Shown in pieces: positions 25,821-40,433 of a stretch of 64,000 bases of DNA (position 1 is the first letter of the stretch; every line of letters starts with the position of its first letter). Source of the stretch: Octopus vulgaris (taxonomy: Eukaryota); NCBI GenBank assembly GCA_951406725.2, contig OX597815.1:52638001-52702000 (forward strand). The letters are read 5' to 3'. Below the pieces are notes generated by a model that had not been told where the DNA came from, did no database searches, and saw nothing but the letters and a program-made list of their open reading frames with translations. The translations under genes were made by a program, and so were the position numbers.

Positions 25821-27090
25821 CAGGTATGACAAGTAAATTGACACCCTTTTAATCATTAAAACTTTTCAGAACTGAAATTAATCATTCAAATTATTTATCA
25901 ATTGTTATAATGGGAATATTTAATATTTAGTAGACATACCCTTCGAATTTTTCAATGCAAGGAATCTATTAGGCATGTTAATGATCAGATGATGAATATT
26001 CTATTGCAGAATTTCCTGCCAAATTTCATGCAATAATCTCAAAAGTTCTGGTTTTGAAGATGCTTTATTGTTCTTTCTATGAAGTGTCCTGTCCATCATG
26101 TCATAGAGGTGTTCAATAGAACTCATATCTGGTGACTGGCTTGGCTATGGAAGCTTTTTAATGCTATTTTCATCCAACAGATTTTGTGTCATTTTTAGCC
26201 ATCTCCCATAAATAAAAGGTCTTCTTTAATCATTTTACCACTGGAAAAGATTGGAATCATTCCTTTCTGAAATATAGGCTCATATTTATCTGAGTTTATG
26301 TTTCCCTTACACCCCACCAGCTCTGATCAAACATTTCTTCAAATTGCTTCCCAGACCATCACAGAATAGTTGCCGTGTTTCATTGTTGGCTGCAATCTTT
26401 TCACGTGAAATTCTTGATCACAGGGTCTTCAGACCCATACTCGACCACTGTCAAATAATACAGCAAACCTAGATTCCTCAGAAAATGTGACAGTGTCCCA
26501 AAATATTAGTAGTCTTTCCACCATCTCACTGGCCCAATCTTTTCTTCACTTGATATTGACCGGTCGAAGAAATTACTTCCTTCTTGTTGCTCTGCCATAG
26601 TAACCAAGTTTGTGGAGATACCTGACAGTTGCTCTGCCATAGTAACCAAGTTTGTGGAGATACCTGACAGCTGTTCTGCGACTGACATCAACTTGTTCTG
26701 CTATGTTAGAGGCCTTGCAACGAGGATTATCCTCCACACTTCTCTTAGCAAAGAGAAGGGTCCGGTCAGAGGACCATGGTTAATCTGGACGAGGTGATAT
26801 GGACTCCTTGCCCTCTCTGGACAATTGCCCAACCACTCTATAAACTGTAGACAGCGGGATACGAATGTTTTCTACGATTTTACGCTATGTCCACCCTTAG
26901 AATGAACCACAATACGGCCTCTTTGAAATTCAGACAGTTCTAAGGCTTCTTTTGTATATGGCATGATTAAACGGTCACATATAGAACCTGAAACATAAAA
27001 ATATCAATAAATAAAAAATAGGAACAATTACAAATTAGAATAAACATAAAAGGATGTTTTATAGGGCGTCTATTTACTTCTGTCATGTGT
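25821..27090 (-). mobile_element. Tc1-type transposon relic
   Basis: TIRs CAGGTATGACAAGTAAATTGACACCCT / AGGGCGTCTATTTACTTCTGTCAT; ATG 26964 MPYTKEALELSEFQRGRIV; WDTVTFSEESRF; PSQSPDMSSIEH; GMSTKY* ending at 25920. Confidence 0.88.
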
Positions 27091-27099
27091 GTGTATAAT

Positions 27100-27107
27100 T
27101 ATCTATC

Positions 27108-27183
<76 letters not shown>

Positions 27184-27192
27184 GTCTATCTA

Positions 27193-27242
<50 letters not shown>

Positions 27243-27292
27243 GGTCTGTCTGTCTGTCTGTCTATCTGTCTGTCTATCAATCTGTCTATCTG

Positions 27293-27336
<44 letters not shown>
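27100..27336. repeat. (CTAT)/(CTGT) microsatellite
   Basis: Direct. Confidence 0.95.
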
Positions 27337-27337
<1 letters not shown>

Positions 27338-28468
27338 ATATTTATATATATGTCAGTTCTGACGATGACCATTCAGATAATCAACTTAACAATTTGCCCT
27401 TTGAATCAACGTTTAAGAAGTTGAGTATACCACGGATGCATGTATACTTAATCTCAGTATTAGGCCGAATCAGAGACTACGTGTTGTAGTGATTTCAGTA
27501 TCTTTATTCGTAATTCCAGTGGAATTTATAAGTTCATTAAAATTTATGCATAACACTTACTCCTAATGGTCTAAACTCACCTCAAGCAGCGAATTGGGGG
27601 AGTTGTTAGGATGCCGGATAGAATGTCTGGCGGGGATTGCTTTAGTTTGTAGCACTTTGAGTTCAAATCTTGTCACGGTTGACTTTGCTCCTCGTTCTTT
27701 TTAGACCGATAAAAAAGTACCGGTCGAGAGTGATGGATTGGCGGAACTTTAAGAACGTCTTTATTGGGTCATTGCGTTCTGAGTTCTAATTCCACGGTGG
27801 CCCTCTCGGGTGGTAGACTTAATACTTCACGTAGTTTAACATCACCAACTAGCGACTTAGCTGCCTTTCGCTGAGTCCATTCTATCCTGAACATTCGGTA
27901 GGTTTTTGAGGATATCTTTCTGTCTCTCTCTCTTGCTTCCACAATTTTTTTCTTTTACTACAGCACACAGTCACTATGCGATCTGTCCTGGTGTACACAT
28001 CTACCCTAATGTTTTTTTTTTGTTCTTGTCCTTATTTTATTTGTGTTGCGCAACTATTCTATCCTCTTGCACCCTATGTCACTTCAGGATACAAATCGTG
28101 AAATGGGCAAAAAGAAAAAAAAATGAATAACTCGGAAACAACTGCCATAATATTTCATAAGAAAAACTGAGAAGAATTAGTTTTCAAACATGATCCATTA
28201 ATATGCCGAATGAGCTTAATACTTATTATGAATTTTCCAATTTTGTTAGGTACGTAGATCTCCCCTATTACACCTAGAATATACTCTGTACACGTATCAA
28301 ACAGCGATCAGCCCTGCTTTATGACGTGATTGAATCCTAACATAATATTACGAATTTTGCTTAAATGACAGGTTCTATCATTTCACAAACCTACTTGACA
28401 GAGCTGCCTATTGCTTCTCATACTATAAACATTGACAACATTCACCCCTACCCCTCCGCCACCACTAC

Positions 28469-28583
28469 CTTCTTCTTCTTCTTCTTCTTCTTCTTCTTCT
28501 TCTTCTTCTTCTTCTTCTTCTTCTTCTTCTTCTTCTTCTTCTTCTTCTTCTTCTTCTTCTTCTTCTTCTTCTTCTTCTTCTTC
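28469..28583. repeat. (CTT)n microsatellite
   Basis: Direct. Confidence 0.95.
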
Positions 28584-28854
28584 TCTTTCTTCCTTTTCAC
28601 CATAACGCTATGCTGATGCTAAAATGTGATTAATTTTTGCCTATGTCACAATCCTTATCACAAACCATTAACAACACCAGCGACAACAGCAACAATAAAA
28701 CATATGAAATATTCTCAAACACGCACACAAATGCCTTATATCATCTTCATTCATTTACAGTTCCAGTAAATTTCAATTCCCAACAAGTAGCTGGGATTTG
28801 CATCTTTTACTGTGTAAATGTCTTATCCCCCGCTATTTCTTTATTTAGTACTCC

Positions 28855-29096
<242 letters not shown>

Positions 29097-29350
29097 TCTC
29101 AGCAAAGTAGAAGTTTAAATGTAATCACTAATAAGACTCTTGTGTAGCATTTACCAAACCCATTGTTTCTAACATCCTCAATCAAGCCAGAAGACATCAA
29201 ATACAAGCACCCATCAACTCAAACATCTCCCGCTTCTCTACAAAAAGAAAACAACAAAATGTGCTAGAAGTTATTACACTTTCCCAACATGCTCAGCACA
29301 AATATAACATAGAAACGTACGGGGAATATATTTGGAGAGAATACATGACA

Positions 29351-29424
<74 letters not shown>

Positions 29425-30003
29425 ATGTATGTATGTCTGTCTATCTAAATATTTATCTATCTCTCTCATACATACACTCGCATATATCTGATATCTGGTA
29501 TATCTGGTATCTAATTCAAAGTGCTAATTAGTCTAATCAATAAGGTGACATGCTCCAGAAGCATGACCAGAACATTTTCAGTTTATTTAGATACCCTCTC
29601 ATCAAAGCTCCCTTGTGATTTGCTCAAGATATTTAAGTCCCAAATGGCCAGGTTCAGTTAACAGATAACCCGGGGATGTACACTAAAAAACATGTCGATA
29701 GCTAGCAGCACTGAAACAAAATTCTCTATAGGTTTTACTAGAAGGATAGGATCCATGCAGTTGACTCTAGCATGTATGGACTCACACCTAAAGTGTTAGG
29801 GAACTCAACAATTTTTTAAAACTATGAACCACTTTAATTGGTATTTTACTCAGATGGACCCACATAGCCATTCGATGTTTGAAGAATTTTATTATATTTT
29901 TTTTGGCATTAAATATTATTAGGAATTGTATTAAAAAAATTGCTAAAATATTTTGTGCAGAAGAATAACCAATTTATTGCACATGATTTTTAACAACGAT
30001 GCC

Positions 30004-30074
<71 letters not shown>

Positions 30075-30423
30075 TACACACGCAAACACACACACACATA
30101 CACAAACACGTGTATGCCTAGTGTCTGTGAGGTTAAACTGTTGGGTTTGTGAACAACATAAGTACAAGCTCGAATCTTGCTGCAGCCGCTTTAAGTGAGA
30201 CATACAACCACATAACTAGTTGCCTCCATCTGCCTAGCTAATAACACATCAAATTCTTACTTCATGCTTGAGTGGTCAGCAACAGAAATGGCATCCAACT
30301 GTAAAAATAATTACTCCAGCATTATGCAAATATCTAAATTGACAAAAACCATTTCAACCGCTCTTGCACGAAAATATAGGTGCAAATTTTCTCTCTCTTT
30401 CTCTCTTTCACATTCTTTCTCTT

Positions 30424-30461
<38 letters not shown>

Positions 30462-31845
30462 TTTCTTTCACACACACACACACACACTGACACACGCGCG
30501 CATATATGCACACGCATGCGCACATTCATACACAGATAGGAACACTGATTAATTTATTCCGTCTTCAAGTAGTTAGTTTTGTTAGTTCAGTCACATGATT
30601 CGCCGCCACTACAGTCATCTAACAACAGTACTATAGAAACTAATTTTTCCCCTCTCTACTAATCACCTTGAGATTATCATGCCGAGATAATTTACTAGTA
30701 AGGTGCATATAGTTATTAGCTTTGCAAATTAACAACATTTCTGTTTTTACATCCAACTAAATAGAGCTGTAGGAGGAAAACACAAAGCAAGAGACGTCAT
30801 GAGACCTTCAGATTTAGGTCACGTACTGCGTGATTAAGAAAAGAATCTAACAACGAGTAAAAATGCTATAAACTAGCAGCAAGTATTAACTATTGCAAAC
30901 AGTAGCATACTGTATGTGATCTATTGGTTCATAACTTTTTTATATGTAGAAAAAGCTTTAATAAAACAAGTATTGGAAACTGACATTTAAGTATTAAAGA
31001 GTCAAAAACCAATGATACGCTCCTGGTGGGTTATACATGTATGTGTTTATATAAGTATGTGCGCACATGCTTATGTAAATTTTGCCTTAGATAATATCAA
31101 ATATGTATGATTGTAGAATCAACAAAAGAATCTGAAGAATGTGTTCACCAGTTTAGCGTTGAGCCAATCATATCTAGTATCAGTAGATGGTTATGTAATA
31201 AATGAGTTTCTTACGTCTTGTATTGTAGGAGAAATGTTAAGGTAGCTGAGTTTTCGGCTAAACGAATGGCCATCTTCAGCGTTGTGGAGAGAAAATAGAA
31301 TGCAAGTTTGAAAGTTGAATGTATATACAAACGATAAGAGATGGCGAAACATAGATCCTCGTATAACAGAAACGACAGAGTGTAGGCAAGGGAGACTGAG
31401 ATTGCGCTTTTATTTTATATAACTGAGCAATACCATCATAGGTTGCATGCTCCAAACAACGCTTTTCTCCACTGGTGCACAAAAAATTCTGAGTGCAGCA
31501 TCGGAAAAGAAACGCCTGATAATCTGCAAAGTAACTCGTCTCCAAAACAAAGGATTTTCGGTCTCAGTTCAAATCCAGCCGTAGTCAATTTGTCTTTCAT
31601 TCGTGCCAGGTCGACAAACTACAAATCAATATTTGGAGCTGATTCTTCTCACCCCCCCTCTCTCTCTCACTCTCTCTCTCGGAATCGTTCAAATTGTTTC
31701 TGAGAACGTTAGCGAGAAACTTTCTATAAGCATGAGGTACAAGCGACAATTCCACATCGTAAAACTAATATACTATAACCTAGGTTCGATATCTTGTGTA
31801 GCTCAGCAAGAAACTGTAATAGTTATAATTGTTGTTGTGCTCGTA

Positions 31846-31949
<104 letters not shown>

Positions 31950-32007
31950 ATCTATCTATATATACACACATATGTATGGTTGCGTTTATATATGATACAT
32001 ATATACA

Positions 32008-32166
32008 GGCGCAGGCGTGGCTTTGTAGTAAGAAGCTTGCTTCCCAAGTACATGGTTCCAGGTTCAGTCCCAATGCATGGCACCTTGGGCAAGTGTCTTC
32101 TACTATAGCCTCGGGCCGACCAAAGCCTTGTGAGTGGATTTGGTAGACGGAAACTTAAAGCCCGTC

Positions 32167-32204
<38 letters not shown>

Positions 32205-32438
32205 GGGGGGGGGGCGTATGAGTGTGCCTGTGTTTGTCACCCCACCTTCGCTTGACAACCGATGTTGGTGTGGTGGTTACGTCCCTGTAACTTAGTGGTT
32301 CGGCAAAATAGACCGATAGAATAAGACTAGGCATACAAAGAATAAGTCCTGGGGTAGATTTGGTCGACTGAAGGCGAATCTCCAGCATGGCCACAGTCAA
32401 GTGACTGAAACAAATAACAGAATAAAAGAATAAAAGAA
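32008..32438 (+). mobile_element. SINE family A, full length
   Basis: Colinear with 19158-19573. Confidence 0.92.
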
Positions 32439-33054
32439 TATACGTATATATATATGTATACGCATATATGTATGTGTGTGTGTCTGTACACATATGAGTA
32501 TAAACACACACACACATACACATGTGTGTATGGTATAATGGGCTTTATTTTATATACAGTTCTCATTTTTTAATATTTTAATTTTTAAATAAGTATCGAT
32601 TTTCGTATTAACTGAATAACGTATTTGATGGTTTTGTGTTTGTTTAACTAAATGTATTTATTTTTCAAATATTTGGATATAGTACTTTTCTTTATTAAGA
32701 GAAATTTCCTGTGTTTTCATGAGGTGGGAAACATTTACAAACAATTTTGTTTATCTATTGTTGATGTTAAAAGAATATTTGGGACTGTTTATTCTAAAGT
32801 ATTCTATCTAATTTATGGACTTTCTAGAGATACACACACATAAATATTGAAGTATATATGTATAACCAAAATATTCTAGCATGCTTCAACATTGTGCAGA
32901 TGACTACAAGCATGCATGCGTACATAGGTAAATACATACACATATAGATGCACGTGCGTATTCGCATGCAAGGATACACACAATTCAATGTACACTAATA
33001 ATAAAAGCACCGATACATATACAGAGGTACACAAATTTATGCGTATATATATAT

Positions 33055-33452
33055 ACTCTTTACTCTTTTACTTGTTTCAGTCATTTGACTGCGGCCATGC
33101 TGGAGCACCAGCTTTAGTCGAGCAAGTCGACCCCGGGACTTATTCTTTGTAAGCCCAGTACTTATTCTATCGGTCTCTTTTGCCGAACCGCTAAGTGACG
33201 GGGACATAAACACACCAGCATCGGTTGTCAAGCAAAGCTAGGGAGACAAACACAGGCACACAAACACACACGCACACACATAAATATATACATATATACG
33301 ACGGGCTTCTTTCAGTTTCCGTCTACCGAATCCACTCACAAGGCTTTGGTCGGCCCGAGGCTATAGTAGAAGACACTTGCCCAAGGTGCCACGCAGTGGG
33401 ACTGAACCTGGAACCATGTGGTTGGTAAGCAAGCTACTTACCACACAGCCAC
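33055..33452 (-). mobile_element. SINE family A, near full length
   Basis: Reverse complement of 19158-19573 at high identity. Confidence 0.92.
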
Positions 33453-33631
33453 TATATATATATATATATATATATAAGTATCTATCTATCTATCTATCTA
33501 TATATTTACACCCACACATATACTTATGTATATATTAATATACAAGCAGAGTTATAATCACCTAGTTTTAATCTGTGTATTTTTGTATGTATGTGTGCAT
33601 GTATATATGTGTGTGTATGAGTGTATCTGTA

Positions 33632-33700
<69 letters not shown>

Positions 33701-35492
33701 ATATATATATATATATATATATAAAGTAAACAGAAAATAGAGAAATATTGATCAACAACAATTGACTTACATCAATTATTATTTATTAATTCAATACAAA
33801 TAGACTGCATCCCATCTAATATCTGTTTCTGCTTCCTGTGTTATATGGCATTGTCATTGGCATGCTAAAAATAATACTCATCATATTTGGTAATAAAACT
33901 GATCTGGAACATGGAGCTTCATGAGAGTGAAAAATACATACATAAGAGAAAAGAAGAAGGACCTAGAGAGGAAAAGAAAAGGCTTAATTTGTTTAAATCA
34001 TACCATTCTGCTTATGTGTCTCTTTGGGACGTTGAGTAAATGATTAAACTTAAAACAGTAATTGGTGGTTTAATTTTTTTCTATGGGGGTAATAGGCTGG
34101 ATAACTAATAAACAAAGTAGAAATAAAAAAAAACTTACAATAACGGGATACGCCAAAAGGTTTAGTCAAAAAGAGAGTGAAGTTACCATAAAGTTTTAAA
34201 GTAATCATTATAGTTCTTAATCGTACTAATTAATAGGTTTTTTTTATCGTAATAAAGTGCCCAACAATGATTTACTTACTAATATATGGTAAAGTCCAAC
34301 CATCTATTGCCCATAGTGGGATTGACCAAGATCCAGTGTTCGATATAATCGGTCAGTTAAATTAAAAAGCAAAGGGCTAATTATTAAGACCGTCATACGG
34401 GTTGCTGACAATCATCGGTTGTCGATGTGAAGTGGTTCCCAATGCAAATATCTATATATCCTCTTTCTAGTGACGAAAAGTCACTGATCTCGAAAAATTG
34501 TAATCAAACAATAATAAATCTCTGAGCGAGGTATAAACAATAGCTGCACGACAGAAGATATGGAAATACATCATTTGGCTATGAATGGCTTCATCATATT
34601 GTAGGACGCAAGTATTTCTGCGTTGTTGCACGTCGTCATCATAGACTTTATGAACAGGTTGTTGTTGAGATCATTTGTAATATATCATTCTCAGTGTACC
34701 AAAGATACCCTGAAGTTTTAAGCATATAGACAGGGGTAAATATGAGAAAGTACAAATGTATATTATGTCACAGAAAGTAAGATATGAAGAGCACGGGTAA
34801 GATATCAGTAAAGGAAAAGGCCTATCTATCTGAATAGAAATTCTCTTTTTCTAATTTTATTTTCTACACCTTCAAAATTTGTTAACTGGAAACTGGCAAT
34901 TTTATCATTTTCAAAAAATTCCCAAATGTCTATCTTTCCTCTTTTACTTATATAAAATCGATACATTTATTATATCGATCAATTTATTATATCATATCGT
35001 TACTATTTTACAACTTCCAAATATTAACAGTTGATTTCATCCATGTGTATTAAAACACATCCAGTCAATATCTACATACAGTCCCACATTGGCTTATCTC
35101 ATTAGTTAGGCTCTAGTCTATAGCTGATACTTCAACGTGAGATATATTTTCTACACTCAGTAATAATCAACAATAAACAATAATAAATAAATAATAATAT
35201 CCTTGTTTATATTTTCATCCAAGAGTCTTGTTTACACATTAATTTTTAGATTAGTGGCTGCCATCAAACAAATAAGCGTATACGCATTGGTCTACGTTTA
35301 TCAAATATACAACGTTTTTTATATACAAGCATACCGGATAGTTAAGTTACATTGTTTATCATATATCTCGTGTTTAATCTTTTTACATACTTGTTTATAT
35401 TGTAAATTATCTATATTCATTCATGTTTGTTTGGTTAACATTTTGATTCAGTCGGTTCTCATATTCAGTTAATTATCTCTATTTATTTATGT

Positions 35493-35571
<79 letters not shown>

Positions 35572-35709
35572 CCTGTCTGTCTATCTGTCTGTCTGTCTGT
35601 CTGTCTGTCTGTGTGTTTGTCTCATGATTTGTTTCTAAAAGTATGTATGTACGCGCGTGCGTGTGATATATATATGTGTGTCTGAGTGCGTGTCTGTATG
35701 TATTTGACG

Positions 35710-36035
35710 CTTTGGGCGCGACCAAAGCCTTGTGAGTTGATTTGAGAGACAGAAACTATATATATATATATATATATATATGTCTGTGTGGATATGTATG
35801 TTGGTGCGTGCGTGTCTGTATGCATGTTTGTGTGTGTTTGGCCCCTACCACTACTTGAGAAACGGTGTTAGCGTGGTTATGCCCCCGTAAACAAGCAGTT
35901 CAGCAAAGGGATCTGATAGAATAAGTACCGGTCTTGAAAATAAGTACTGGGGGTCGATCCGTTCGACTAAAATTCTTCTAGGCGGTGCTCAATCATGGCT
36001 GAAGTCTAATGACTGAAAGAAGTAAACGAATACAA

Positions 36036-36040
<5 letters not shown>
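35710..36040 (+). mobile_element. SINE family A, 5'-truncated
   Basis: GACCAAAGCCTTGTGAGT...GATAGAATAAGTAC...GGCGGTGCTC...GACTGAAA. Confidence 0.85.
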
Positions 36041-36073
<33 letters not shown>

Positions 36074-36120
36074 GCATATAAACATAAATAGACACACACA
36101 CACACACGCATACACACACA

Positions 36121-36330
36121 TAGTTAATCAAGAAAACAGAGAAAAAAGGGGCAACGAGAAAAAATAACAACGCGTGGACGTGCTACATGCAAAGTATGAA
36201 TAAGACGTTCAGAGAAGGAAAGAAAGGTTGTTTTGTGTTTCGAGCAAAGCTCTTGTTCAGAAACAGAAGACAGAGGAAAGTCAAGGGAGACGGAGTAAAA
36301 AAATCACCAACGTCAACATGTGGTTACATA
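36121..36330 (-). mobile_element. Short non-coding element with a decayed HHR-like motif, between TA/CA repeats
   Basis: Minus strand CTGAACA-A-GAGC-TTT-GCTC-GAAA-CA (36234-36260); its ACGCGTGGACGTG motif recurs at 40281. Confidence 0.5.
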
Positions 36331-37546
36331 CATATATACATACATACATGCATACATACATATATATATATATATATGTACACATACACACACAGACGCA
36401 CACACACGCACGCGCACACACACACACACACACATATATATATAACATTACAGTTACATATACTTATAAAGGCAAATTTTTAAATCATTGTCTTTAACTT
36501 TTATTCTTCTCACTCTTTTGCCTTCCTTCAAATCTTCGTTCCATGCATACCGTTGCATATACATCTATTACATCCTTCATATTCCTCTTACCTTTCCATT
36601 TGCACCACACGTGTACCCATTTTCACTAACGCTCATCAATTCTCTCTTCACACCCATTAACAATTACACATACACGCAAACACATATCTCCTCTAACCTA
36701 CGCCACTATACTTCGCACTTGTACTCTTCTCTCCATATACACACCTACTAAAACTACATATACAACTCTCCGCCATATACTTGCTTCTAATCATGCTTAA
36801 AGTCCTATACTGGCACCAAACCCATCCTTACATCTTAAGTCTTCACCATGGAACAGCATTCCTACTTGATACTTAACCACTAATCTGTTTTTCTCTCATT
36901 CTCTCTTCTCATTCCACCTATACTTTTCTCTTTTTTTTTTCTGATGGAAGTATAGTCCGAAACGTTAAGACGCTCTTCTCCATAAAGCGTAAAGCTAATA
37001 CCATATTTGTTAAAACTTCTCCTCCATGTGTTGCCTTTTAACTAATCACTGCATTTATGTACGTATATATGTATACATATATATATGTGTGTGTGTGTAT
37101 GTATGTATGTATGTATGTATGTATGTATGTATGTATGTATGTATGTATGTATGTATGCATGTATATGATGGCTCTCTACTTGTTAGACGAACTTGAGCAT
37201 CGCTAACAGCAGTGTGAGTTATACACGTGAAAGGGTTCCAAGTCGAGCGCGGTAGAGCAGAGGGCTTAATACACGAGTTAGCCTTCTCCTAGAGGGTTCC
37301 TTGACAAAGACCAAGTGTCCCTCAGTTCTCTATGGGTTTACTCGGACACAGACCCAAGTATTTCTATGTCTCGAGATATACGTATACACATATAATACAC
37401 GCATACCTATGTACGTACGTATGCACAAATATATGTATAAAAATACGTATGCATTTACGTTTGTATGTATGAATGTATGTATATGTGTGTTTATATATAT
37501 ATACATATGTATGTATGTATGCATGTATGTATATATATGTATATAT

Positions 37547-37603
<57 letters not shown>

Positions 37604-37643
37604 CATAAAAGTATACGTACATATATATATATGTATATGTATG

Positions 37644-37683
<40 letters not shown>

Positions 37684-38488
37684 GATTAAAAGGCTTTATA
37701 ATTATGCATGTTTCAATAAAGGTCTATTATACATTCATATAAGTATAATTTTTTTAGCAATTGATATTTCAATAAATGCTAAAATTAGAGATAAATATAG
37801 CGTTTGATGTTATATGTTGCATAATATATACCATACATACATATGCATACATCCCATACCTACAAAGGCAAAAACCTATAGCGACAAGTAGGAAACGAAT
37901 ATGAGAGAAAGACGAAAACGTATAATATATTTATGTATACATAAACACACACATGCGCGCACACACGCATGCGCACACATACGCGCGCACTGACAAACAT
38001 ACACACACACACATAAACACACACATGCATAAATACACACAAATGCACACAGACATTACTAGAATTAGACTTTGGTTTATGTTATGCTTGAGTTAAATTG
38101 CAAGTCCTACGAAGTTCACTTGTGGAGAAGATAAGATGGTAGTTGTCATTTATTAAGAGGTCGACGAACAAAACTTTTCTAAACACTCTTTTATTGTTCT
38201 ATGTCTGCAGGAGAAAATAACAGGATGTATTTTATATTTGCTTAACGTTTCAAAGAGAATGTCTGTAGGTTAACTACTTCAAGTTTATTTTAGTTACCAA
38301 TGCATATTGTGTTATATATAAATAATTACCAGTTATATATTCCAGTGGATGACGAATGTACAGTCTAGAAATTTGTCTGATCATCACAATTAAGTTCTCA
38401 TTCAAACAGCAATCGCTATAGATTTATCTTCGTAAGAAGCAGGGTGAACATATGGTAGATGAGTGGTCAAGAAAGTATGAAAGATATA

Positions 38489-38678
38489 CAGTAATTTCTC
38501 GATTGTCGCTGGTGTTACGTTCCAAACCCACAACCGCGCTAGGTGAAAATCTGCGAAGTAGAAATGGTACTGTATATCTAGTTTTATAATTTGTATATCT
38601 TTTTTTTCTATTATAAATGCAAAACAACACAAATAATAAACTGCAATAGTTGAACCGCGATATGGCGAGGGATTACTA
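38489..38678. mobile_element. Tigger/pogo-like MITE
   Basis: TA-flanked TIRs CAGTAATTTCTCGATTGTCGCTGG / CCGCGATATGGCGAGGGATTACTA; 190 bp, non-coding. Confidence 0.75.
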
Positions 38679-38964
38679 TATATATATATATATATAGCCC
38701 CCCCCCCCCCACTTCCTCCTCTTTCTCATCCCTCTCCATAAAACTGCATTCTCACCCTGCTTTAAACGTTTTCTTCCTCTTTCCTCTTTCCCGATATCTT
38801 TTTCGTTTTCTTGATGAAGGACTTTTATCCGAGTTGCTGAAGACACTTTTCTTTGTTAAAACTTGTCCCTTTCTTTCCTTTTCTGATTTTGTTCATTCGT
38901 TATATATCTATATCTGTATGTATGTATGTATGTATGTATGTATGTATGTATGTATGTATGTATG

Positions 38965-39008
<44 letters not shown>

Positions 39009-39016
<8 letters not shown>

Positions 39017-39314
39017 CAGGGCTGGCCTGCTAGGTAGCCGGCCAGAATGCTAGAAAAAGATAATCAACGATCAAACTACAAGGAAATTCTCTAGAGGAAG
39101 AATTCAGCGAACACCAGAACCAACTTTGGCGGGCAGGACATATGAAAAATTATATAAATAATTATTTATATAATTTTTCATATGTCCTGCCCGCCAAAGT
39201 TGGTTCTGGTGTTCGCTGAATTCTTCCTCTAGAGAATTTCCTTGTAGTTTGATCGTTGATTATCTTTTTCTAGCATTCTGGCCGGCTACCTAGCAGGCCA
39301 GCCCTGCCAATATA
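39009..39314. repeat. Perfect spacerless palindrome, 2 x 153 bp
   Basis: Base-by-base reverse complement about the centre 39161/39162. Confidence 0.97.
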
Positions 39315-39412
39315 CACATATATTTGAATTTTCTCTGACTCCTCAGATTTTTTGAATGCTGGACTACTGGTTTTAAATTGATATTAAAATTAATATTAAT
39401 TTATCTCCCTCA

Positions 39413-39462
<50 letters not shown>

Positions 39463-39467
<5 letters not shown>

Positions 39468-39525
39468 TAGATATGCTTCGACCAAAGATTGGTCCAGGCC
39501 ATGTCTAACTTAATAGCACCACCTG

Positions 39526-39528
<3 letters not shown>
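39463..39528 (-). mobile_element. CR1-type 3' terminal fragment between (TA)n arrays
   Basis: Reverse complement TATCAGGT..GTTAGACATGGCCTGGACCAATCTTTGGTCGAAGCATATCTAA matches 44513-44561. Confidence 0.65.
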
Positions 39529-39583
<55 letters not shown>

Positions 39584-39629
39584 ATATATATGCATACATA
39601 TATATATTTGTATGTACACGCATATATAA

Positions 39630-40060
39630 TCTTTTCTTCTTTTACTTATTTCAGATTGTGGACATGATGGAGCACCGTCTTAAAGGCATTTAGTCGAAGA
39701 AATCCACTCCCTTCTTTTGCCGAACCGCTAGTTTACGGGGGACATAAAGACACTAGCTTCGGTTATCAAGCGATGGCGGGAGTACAAACACACACACACA
39801 CACATGCACACACACACATGCACACACACACATGCACACACACACATGCACACACACACACATGCACACACACACATACATATATATACATATGTATATG
39901 ACGGGCTTCTTTCAGTTTCCGTCTACCAAATCCACTTGCAAGGCTTTGGTCGACCCGAGGCTATAGTAGAAGTCACCTGCCCAAGGTGTCACGCATTGGG
40001 ACTGAACCGGGACCATACGGTTGAGAAGCAAGCGTCTTCCCACAGTGCCACACCTGCGCC
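39630..40060 (-). mobile_element. SINE family A
   Basis: ACGGGCTTCTTTCAGTTTCCGTCTACCAAATCCAC...CACCTGCGCC. Confidence 0.9.
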
Positions 40061-40170
40061 TATATATATGTATATGTATGTGTGTGTGTGAATTCATATA
40101 TACATACATGTATATATATATATGTGTGTGTGTGTGTGTTTATATAATTATAAATACATACATACATACA

Positions 40171-40204
<34 letters not shown>

Positions 40205-40401
40205 CATATATATATATGTATGTATATGTATATGTTTGCATGTATGTTTGTATGCATATATATATAGCACAAAAAGAAAAACGCGTGGACGTGCAAAGTA
40301 CATCCAGAGTGCGTGAGTGTGTATGCGGGTGGTGATAACTGTGTGTGTGTGCGCGCGTGTGAATATGTGTGTGTCCGTGTGTACGTTGGCGTGTGTGTGT
40401 G

Positions 40402-40433
<32 letters not shown>

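Noticed and set aside
26586-26669. Direct repeats as a possible CRISPR array (also the 22-bp units at 62843-62905 and 15-bp units at 52330-52410)
   Set aside because: Head-to-tail duplications without unique spacers, inside transposons, in eukaryotic DNA with no cas genes.
33780-35470. Repeat-poor stretch as possible host exons
   Set aside because: No long ORF or convincing splice-bounded coding segment; cannot be assigned without transcript data.
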